Source of the DNA: Macrostomum lignano
Taxonomy: Eukaryota
DNA length: 64,000 nucleotides
Assembly: GCA_002269645.1 (NCBI GenBank)
Contig: NIVC01003015.1
Span: 1 to 64,000 of the forward strand
Direction: 5' to 3'
A program made the translations under genes and the position numbers. The notes beneath the pieces are model-generated. The model ran no database searches. It was not told the DNA's origin and saw only the letters and a program-made list of their open reading frames with translations. The first letter of the stretch is position 1. Each line of letters starts with the position of its first letter. Below, in pieces: positions 54,572 through 64,000 of this stretch.

Positions 54572-55433
54572 TTGGTTTTGTCTCGCATAGAGGCGCCTAA
54601 CCGCAGTACCCCTGTGAAACTTGTCTCTGCCTGGCCGAAAGCTTGTAATGAGTTAGTAGGCTGGGTTAGAGGGTAATAGTGGATCAGGAAGGGCTGTGGG
54701 TAGCTGTATAGGAAGGCAGGCCTATACCTGTTCCAGTTGGTGCTCTGACGGTCCCCCTCGGAGTGCCCTCTGAGCGAACAGCCAGCGACCCTATTAAAGC
54801 TGGAGTGTGCCAGAACCAGGACTGAGTCTGAACAGGACGAAACCGTTGGCACGGTCACAATAGAAATGGCGGGTTGGCGAAGCAAAGGGTGAAATAGTCC
54901 CGGCGATTAGCCCTCCTGCCGCCTCAAAGATAAGATACTGTCTTGGCATGAGTACCCGGGGTTTGGTAGGTGGGGAGGCTCCTCCGGGTGGCCACGGCCG
55001 TGGGGGCGGTCATTTGACCGGTTTTTTGGCACTACTAACCCGGTGAAGGCACGGGCTTCCCTGATTGGTTCACTCACCCCCTCTGGCCCCGGGGAGGTTT
55101 TTGTTATGTTTGGATTGAGTACCCGGGGGTGGTGGGTGGTCGACCCCAGCATGGTAGCCACGGCTCTCGGCCTTCGGGCCAACCCTAATTTAGAAAGGGG
55201 TCTTCTAACCAGGTTCTTTTTGGGCACGGGCTTCCTGACTGGTTCGTCGAACCGCTGTCACTGTCCCCCGGGGAGGTTTTTGATTTTTTATTTGCCCATT
55301 ATACAGTCCTCTTAGCTCTAATTAGGATCTTAGTGTACATAAGTACACTCCCAACTTGGAATCTATATTTCTCTAGTGGCGTAAGAGCCTGATCAATGGC
55401 TGGGGCGCCTGTTTACTTATTTAGTAGTAGTAG
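54572..55433 (+). mobile_element. 862-bp non-coding insertion with 28-bp target-site duplication and (TAG)n tail (non-LTR/SINE-like)
   Basis: TCTTCTACATTATTTGTTTTATAACTCA occurs at 54544-54571 and 55434-55461. The tail TAGTAGTAGTAG is at 55422-55433. The interior is GC-rich against AT-rich flanks. Confidence 0.8.
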
Positions 55434-55729
55434 TCTTCTACATTATTTGTTTTATAACTCAAAATTGCATAATTCCAACGATGTCCAGTGTGCATAATTT
55501 CTCTTTACGAGTAGTTATGCTATTGTTATAGATATCCCCCTATATAATCCTGCACCCAGTTTTTTGTTTTAACAAATCAATTTTTGTAAAACGCACTAAG
55601 CTTTGTTGACTCATTACATATATGGTGCGATCGTGTTTGGTTCACACTTTTCATTTAATGTTTCTAATTTCAATGAAAGTTCGTCATGTCACCACATTAG
55701 TTCTTGTTGCACCATTTTGCAGTAATCCA

Positions 55730-56120
55730 ACTATAAGCTATAGATTAGCAATCCATCTATAAGCTATAGATTAGCAATCCATCTATAAGCTATAGATTAG
55801 CAATCCATCTATAAGCTATAGATTAGCAATCTATCTATAAGCTATAGATTAGCAATCCATCTATAAGTTATAGATTAGCAATCCATCTATACGCTATAAA
55901 TTAGCAATCCATCTATAAGCTATAGATTAGCAATCCATCTATAAGCTATAGATTAGCAATCCATCTATAAGCTATAGATTAGCAATCCATCTATAAGCTA
56001 TAGATTAGCAATCCATCTATAAGCTATAGATTAGCAATCCATCTATAAGCTATAGATTAGCAATCTATCTATAAGCTATAGATTAGCAATTCATCTATAA
56101 GTTATAGATTAGCAATCCAT
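55730..56120. repeat. 26-bp minisatellite (TATAGATTAGCAATCCATCTATAAGC)n
   Basis: About 15 copies. Confidence 0.95.
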
Positions 56121-56220
56121 TTGTAAGCGTGGAACATTCCTGCTTTCCATCATCTCCAATTGTCGCTGTGGCTGCTCTCGCATCTCCAGCAGATGCAGCG
56201 GTTTGTCGTCACCCGCTCTA

Positions 56221-56688
56221 ATGATAAAATGTTGCCTAGCAACCGGTCGCTATGGCAACCAGCGTCGCCAGCGAATCTGGCAGCTAATCGGCAAGCAGCA
56301 GCAAGCCGAAGCCCGCAAAGCCAGCTGGGTGGCTAACCGGCTGTCAAACGATAACAGTTACTTATCTTGGACTCGCAATGGCATGTTGAGCAGCATAGCA
56401 GCCCTAACTGCTCACGGTATTCAAAGTCCTGTCCACGACCAGTCCGTCTGTCTGTGCCTATTCGCCTATTCCACCGTTTCCATGACGATTGGCACCGCTC
56501 TGTACGCTAGGAATCTGCACACTATGCGATGGGATTTCGCTGTGCCTGCTCACGTGCACTATGCCAAACTGACTGGGGCGCTACTCCAATTACTACTATG
56601 GTGGGTAGCTGTTGCTATGCTATGGCAATCATTTGCCGAATATCACATGATGGACGATGAAGATGAACTTAATTCTGGAGACTTTTAA
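56221..56688 (+). CDS. TMEM160: TMEM160-like small membrane protein, 155 aa (start uncertain)
   Basis: NSYLSWTRNGMLSS resembles the TMEM160 motif AFLSWFRNGLL and is followed by about three hydrophobic segments and an acidic tail. The N-terminus is Arg-rich, like a presequence. Confidence 0.65.
   Translation: MIKCCLATGRYGNQRRQRIWQLIGKQQQAEARKASWVANRLSNDNSYLSWTRNGMLSSIAALTAHGIQSPVHDQSVCLCLFAYSTVSMTIGTALYARNLHTMRWDFAVPAHVHYAKLTGALLQLLLWWVAVAMLWQSFAEYHMMDDEDELNSGDF
56231..56259. promoter_or_regulatory. Two adjacent RFX X-box motifs
   Basis: GTTGCCTAGCAAC (56231-56243) and GTCGCTATGGCAAC (56246-56259) fit the palindromic X-box consensus. Confidence 0.45.
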
Positions 56689-57799
56689 CGTTATAAGTAT
56701 TTGTTAAACTACGATTACTAATAGCATATGCTTTGTAAGATTAGTCTGACTTGACGGTTGACGGCTGTTGGTTCATTTTAAATTCAATTCAAATTAGCGC
56801 CAAAAAGTTTTAAACCTTTAGGATGCTTTCCAAAGCTTAACCTATGCCGTATACAGTTTAGGGTGTTTATAAAGTCAACTTCGATAGTGTTTAGAGGTTT
56901 TTTTTATCAATTTCATCTATTTGGCACGAATTTGAAGTTGATTTATTACAACTATTGCGCTATAATACTGATATAAACGCAGGATCGTCTTTAATTTTTC
57001 GGCCAGCACTGAAAGTTAAGCAAATCTGGCAACGGTTAGTATCTGTGAGCTCCCCTCTATCCTAATTGCAGTATTTTATTACTGTATTAGAAATTATATT
57101 TTTTCAGTCTACAAAATATTTGCCAGTCAGTCAGTCCGCTTAGATTGTTTTTCTACATAATTGTATCGATAATCTTTTTTAAAGCCTGTTTTGTTGTACG
57201 AGCGTAATTCGGTGATATTAGTAATATAGGAATACCAAATTGTGCTGAATTATGTTATGATTTTCACTCAAATCGATTCTAATAGGTGCTTTGACTTCTT
57301 TTAAATTATAAATTAATTATTAGTTTCTTGGTGATTCTTTCTAGCGGTATTTGAATAATAATATAAAATTAAAAATTACTATACTCATTGCTGGTCACGT
57401 ACTGTAATTGAAGAAGCAGATCTATTGTGTATAAATTATCGATTTTCATTTTATGATTGCTTTCTTTGATTGCCTACATATTTTATATAAAAAGGTATGT
57501 ACATGCTTGCAGTTTCATATATCAATCATATATATAGCTCTGCTTTTTAGTCGTTTTAGTCATTTTCATAAAAATTGAAAATGTTTGAATAAACTGCAAT
57601 CAGTTTTTGATCTTTTGAGTTTCTTGGGGAAATGCTGTTCAAAGCAAAAAAGCATCAGCCCTGTGAGCTTTGGCATCTAAGACTCCCTTTAAGCCCATGG
57701 CCTAACCCTAACCTTTCCTTTGATCCCTTTAAAATCCTAAATCAGTCTCTCACATTTTCCTAACCATTCCCCTATTTAACACGTCTCAAATCCTGATCC

Positions 57800-58970
57800 G
57801 ACTCACATCTTCCCAATCCCAAATCCAACTCTCACATCTTCCCAAATCCAACCCTCACATCTTCCCAAATCCAACTCTCACATCTTTCCAAATCCCAAAT
57901 CCGACTCACATCTTCCCAAATCCCAAATAAGATTCTCAAATCTTCCCAAATCCCAAATCAGACTTACATCTTCCCAAATCCCAAATCGGACTCTCACATC
58001 TTCCCAAATCCCAAATCAGACTCCCACATCTTCCCAAATCCCAAATTAGACTCTCACATCTTCCCAAGTCCTAAATCAGTCTCTCACATTTTCCTAACCA
58101 TTCCACTATTTAACTCGTCTCAAATCCTCATCCGACTCACATCTTTCCAATCCCAAATCCAACTCTCACATCTTCCCGATCCCGATCCCAAGTCCAACTC
58201 TCACATCTTCCCGATCCCAATCCCAAATCCAACTCTCACATCTTCCCAAATCCCAAATCAGACTTACATCTTCCCAAATCCCAAATCAGACTCTCACATC
58301 TTCCCGATCTCAATGCCAAATCCAACTCTCACATCTTCCCGATCCCAATCCCAAATCCGACTCTCACATCTTCCCAAATCCGACTCTCACATCTTTGCAA
58401 GTCCCAAATCAGGCTCTCACATTTTCCCTAATCCCAAATCCGACTCTCACATCTTCCCAAATCCTAAATCCGACTCTCACATCTTTGCAAGTCCCAAATC
58501 AGGCTCTCACATTTTCCCTAATCCCAAATCCGACTCTCACATCTTCCCAAATCCCAAATCCGACTCTCACATCTTTGCAAGTCCCAAATCAGGCTCTCAC
58601 ATCTTCCCTAATCCCAAATCCGACTCACATCTTCCCAAATCCCAAATCAGACTCACATCTTCCCAAATCCCAAATCCGATTTTCACATCTTTCCAAGTCC
58701 CAAATCCGACTCTCACATCTTCCCTAATCCCAAATCAAATTCTCACATCTTCCCAAATCCCAAATCAGACTCACATCTTCCCAAATCCCAAATCAGACTC
58801 ACATCTTCCCAAATCCGATTTTCACATCTTTCCAAGTCCCAAATCCGACTCTTACATCTTCCCTAATCCCAAATCCAACTCTCACATCTTCTCAAATCCC
58901 AAATCAGACTCTCACATCTTCCCAAATCCCAAATCAGACTCACATCTTCCCAAATCCCAAATCAGAAGTC
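57800..58970. repeat. Degenerate about 23-30-bp minisatellite (CTCACATCTTCCCAAATCCCAAATCCGACT)n
   Basis: About 40 variable copies upstream of RPSA. Confidence 0.92.
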
Positions 58971-59092
58971 TTTAAATTCGAATGTAGTTCTTTCCAAAGA
59001 AAAAAATCTTGTTTACTTACTCTCAGTAGTCTCTAATGCTTCATAAAAAAGCCGTTATCCACATATTGCAGCCAGTTAACGCTAGTACAAGG

Positions 59093-60889
<1,797 letters not shown>

Positions 60890-61354
60890 ATCGCCATCGT
60901 TGTGCTTCAGCGACCTCCATCGTTGGACTCTACGGACTGACTTGCTAGACAGTGTAGTCTAAATTTATTAACGGACTCTGGCCTGCTTTGCGAACGCTTT
61001 GTGCCGATAATCTGTTGAGTAGCTACAGATAGAAAATACAGCAGCAGAGTCTCCTGAGATTTGGTGAGCAAAGGACCGGCGTGACGGCGTAACTGGATTA
61101 AAATTCTTGCGATAATTCTTAGCTGAACGTGTTGTTTATTTATTCATTTTTAATGATTGACGCATGAGCGTCACCCCCACAAATCACAGAGTGTACGAGT
61201 ACACGCCTGACTATGAGAAAGTCAGGACCGATGTACACCCTGTGTGAGCGCGGGACTGGCTGCTTGCCTACTCGTTGGCTGCGGGTCGACTGTCGCCTTG
61301 ATTCACAGCGGTGCCCATAGCCTTCCTCCAGTGACCAACTAGCTCTGACAACTC

Positions 61355-62074
61355 AATCCGGCCCACGGATCCTTTGAAACTTCACAATAGCAATCCGGCC
61401 TGTACAAGGCTTGTGCCTATTCTCAGCTCTCTTCTCTCCCTCTCCTTATCTTTTCATTCCCCTTTCCCCCTCCTTTCATCTCTCATCTCATCTATCCTCC
61501 TATCTCCTCTCTCTTTTTCTCTCTTTATACCTTCCCTCATTTATCTTTTAACTCTTCTCTTACACCTCCCCCTCATCTCCTCTTTCACCTGTCATCTTCT
61601 CTCTCAACTCTCCTCTGATTTCCTCTCCCACGTCTCTCCTCATCTCTCTCACCTCCTCTTTCACCTCTCTCCTCTGCATCTCTCTCACCTCATCTCACGT
61701 CTCTCCTCATCTCCTCTTTCACCTCTCTCCTCATCTCACATCTCCCCTCATCTCCTCTTTCACCTCTCTCCTCATCTCTTTCACCTCTCATCTCTCTCAA
61801 CTCTCTCCTCTGATTTCCTCTCTCACGTCTCTCCTCATCTCCTCTCTCACCTCCTCTTTCACCTCTCTCCTCTGCATCTCCCTCACCTCCTCTTTCACCC
61901 TCTCTCCTCATCTCCTCTCTCACCTCCTCTTTCACCCTCTCTCCTCATCTCCTCTCTCACCTCCTCTTTCACCCTCTCCTCATCTTCTCTCTCACCTACC
62001 TTCATCTCTCACGCTCCACTCATCTCTCTGACCTAGTTTCTGGCCCTTTTAAGTAAAACATTTCCCGACCCTTG
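61355..62074 (+). mobile_element. hAT-type MITE copy with expanded CT-rich core
   Basis: It starts CCGGCCCACGGATCCTTTGAAACTTCACAATAGCAATCCGGCC and ends CTGGCCCTTTTAAGTAAAACATTTCCCGACCCTTG, both homologous to 34551-34920. Confidence 0.7.
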
Positions 62075-62939
62075 TTGTACAGCAAAAGGAAACCGGACGA
62101 ACTGAAATCTACTTGCTTGCCTCAGGTGGACCTACCAGAGATCGATCTGTAGAAGAACTACATACCGTAGTTGTCTAATTTGTAATTTGGGAAGTCCAGA
62201 AAGCTCTGATTGAAATTTGCATGATTTGTGAATGTAGCGTTGAACTCAACTTTAGTTGTACAAAAAACAAGGTAGATAAAACAAAGTATTTTCTTCAAAG
62301 TTACCGAAAATTCCTAGTCAAAAAAGAGAGAAAAAAGTCAGGTAAATGAAGTGATTGCAGTTTTAATTGAAGTTTTTAACAAACTCAAAATAATTCGACA
62401 CGTGACAATATCCGAGAAAAGAAAATTTGTCTAATCTACCACTGCAAGTAGAAAAGCAAACAAAGTTAATAAAGTAATAAAGTAGAAATGGAAATATGGA
62501 AGCATTTGAATGCATTGCATTAAGGATACTTTATAATAAATCATGGAAGACTATGAGATTAATATTTTCATAATCCAGAATTGCTCTTCATACTTTGGCA
62601 AAAGGCCGTATGAAGTGCTTTTGCTTAAAAGTAGTAAAGCCGTTTAAAAATAATAAATATTTAGAAGTGACATCTTAAAAAGGCAAGCCTATTAGCAGTA
62701 AATAAAACGGATAAAAAGGCACTTCAACCAACAATATTGAATCATTAACATAAAACTGGTACTCTAGGCCTATTTTATAATAGAAAGCTTATATTTAAGC
62801 CAAGATTGTCAGAAATTAAACTGGAATTCTCACGAACTAAATACTGGGATATTAGCCCATAAAATGGGGATGATTAGACTAATAAATTTAGAATACTTCG
62901 TATTAATAACTAGTTGAAATTAATAAGATTCTAATAATG

Positions 62940-63240
62940 GCCATAGATTGGGATTATTAGACCATAAATTTGAACTATTAAGCCATTAATTTGGGTTATT
63001 AGGCCATAAATTTGGGTTATTAGGCCATATAAATTTTGGTTATTAGGCCATATAAATTTGGGTTATTAGGCAAAAAAATAGATTATTAGGCCATAAATTT
63101 GGGTTATTAGGCCATAAATTCAGATTATAAGATCATAAATTGGGACTTTTAGGACACAAATTTGGGTTATTATGCCATAAAATTGGGTTATTAGGCCATA
63201 AATTGGTATTATTAGGACCTTAAAATTGGTATTATTAGGG
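62940..63240. repeat. About 21-bp minisatellite (AAATTTGGGTTATTAGGCCAT)n
   Basis: About 13 degenerate copies. Confidence 0.88.
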
Positions 63241-63334
63241 CCTTTAAACTGGGATGTTTCATCTAGTAAATGGGAAAATAATAAAGAGGAGACTTACCGG
63301 TTGTATGAAAATAGGATTAACCCCCCCCCCCAGG

Positions 63335-63805
63335 CTAAATGTTCGCTAGTTCAAATCGTACAGGCCGCACAGACTCGTCATCCGTCATCCCGTCGGCGTC
63401 GCCGTCGCAGGCGGAGTCGGCATCGGCGTAGCCCCGAACGAACGGCACGCCCGACCAGACCCGACGCCGGTAGCGAACATACTCCCGACCGAAGAAGGCC
63501 ACCAACAGTCGCTCCTCGTCTCGTATTCGCCGATTAAAGAATGCCCAGCTAGCCGCCGCGTAGGCAACTAAAGAGACGGGGTTGCATAGCAACAGCTGGG
63601 TGCCGCAGGCCCATAGCAACCAGCCTAGATAGGCCGGATGCCTGGCCAAGCTGTAGACGCCTCGCCTAACAAGCTCGTGCTCCGGTCGCTTGCGCCATTC
63701 GATTGCGTGATTGAAATTGGCACCAGCCGTCAGCATGGCCGATTTCCGTATCGCCTCGCCGGCTGAGCACAGGGCCGCGCCGAGGGCGACCGCGCCCGGG
63801 CAGGC
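63335..63805 (-). CDS. ICMT: Last coding exon of protein-S-isoprenylcysteine O-methyltransferase; upstream exons lie beyond the window
   Basis: GEAIRKSAMLTAGANFNH...HELVRRGVYSLARHPAYLGW..W..GTQLLLCNP..EERLL..FFG.EY..Y..RV.SGVPF is the ICMT signature. The likely acceptor is tttgcag|63805, although the frame stays open to 63943. Confidence 0.9.
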   Translation of the reverse strand, partial: ACPGAVALGAALCSAGEAIRKSAMLTAGANFNHAIEWRKRPEHELVRRGVYSLARHPAYLGWLLWACGTQLLLCNPVSLVAYAAASWAFFNRRIRDEERLLVAFFGREYVRYRRRVWSGVPFVRGYADADSACDGDADGMTDDESVRPVRFELANI

Positions 63806-64000
63806 CTGCAAACATTTTAAAGCCATCCACTGCATCAGGCGCTTCTTCTTTCTAGGAATCAAGTACTTTTCCCGCGACGCACTTCTAGCCCGGATGAGTA
63901 GTTCTTGGAGTATTTTATCTCCATCTAAAGAATCTTTAAGCATTTGGGAACATAGATTTCAATGTACTAATGGATGCAATGTACATTTCATTGTACATAT

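Noticed and set aside
54950-55282. HDV-like ribozyme on the minus strand (AACCTCCCCGGGG resembles P3/L3 of R2 ribozymes)
   Set aside because: I could not build matching P1 and P2 helices in either unit.
63226-63537. + strand Arg-rich ORF
   Set aside because: It is the antisense shadow of the GC-rich ICMT exon plus a repeat edge.

Overview
This is eukaryotic (metazoan) genomic DNA with spliced genes and about 28 different tandem-repeat arrays. The style suggests a free-living flatworm such as Macrostomum, which is an inference I cannot verify. By walking splice sites and checking codon phases by hand I assembled these genes: one muscleblind exon (+), a signal-peptide/GPI-type alpha-carbonic anhydrase (-, 5 exons), a 3CxxC zinc-finger RTP/ZAR1-like gene with a Q/P-rich N-terminus (-, 3 exons), BBOF1/CCDC176 (-, 8 exons), Rab14 (+, 3 exons, first intron GC-AG), a TMEM160-like ORF (+), RPSA/uS2 (+, 2 exons) and the last exon of ICMT (-). 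Mobile DNA includes a decayed Ty3/gypsy pol fragment, a hAT-type MITE family with expanding CT-rich cores, two related TIR MITEs (one with a perfect 9-bp TSD), and an 862-bp non-coding insertion with a 28-bp target-site duplication and a (TAG)n tail. Most long ORFs in the supplied track are translations of tandem repeats and are not genes. There is no CRISPR array, rRNA or convincing tRNA. The two best candidates for something undescribed are (1) intronic minisatellites whose units, read on the host sense strand, mimic splice signals, and (2) the 862-bp insertion, which carries a partial hammerhead-like fold and two tandem structured RNA-like units.
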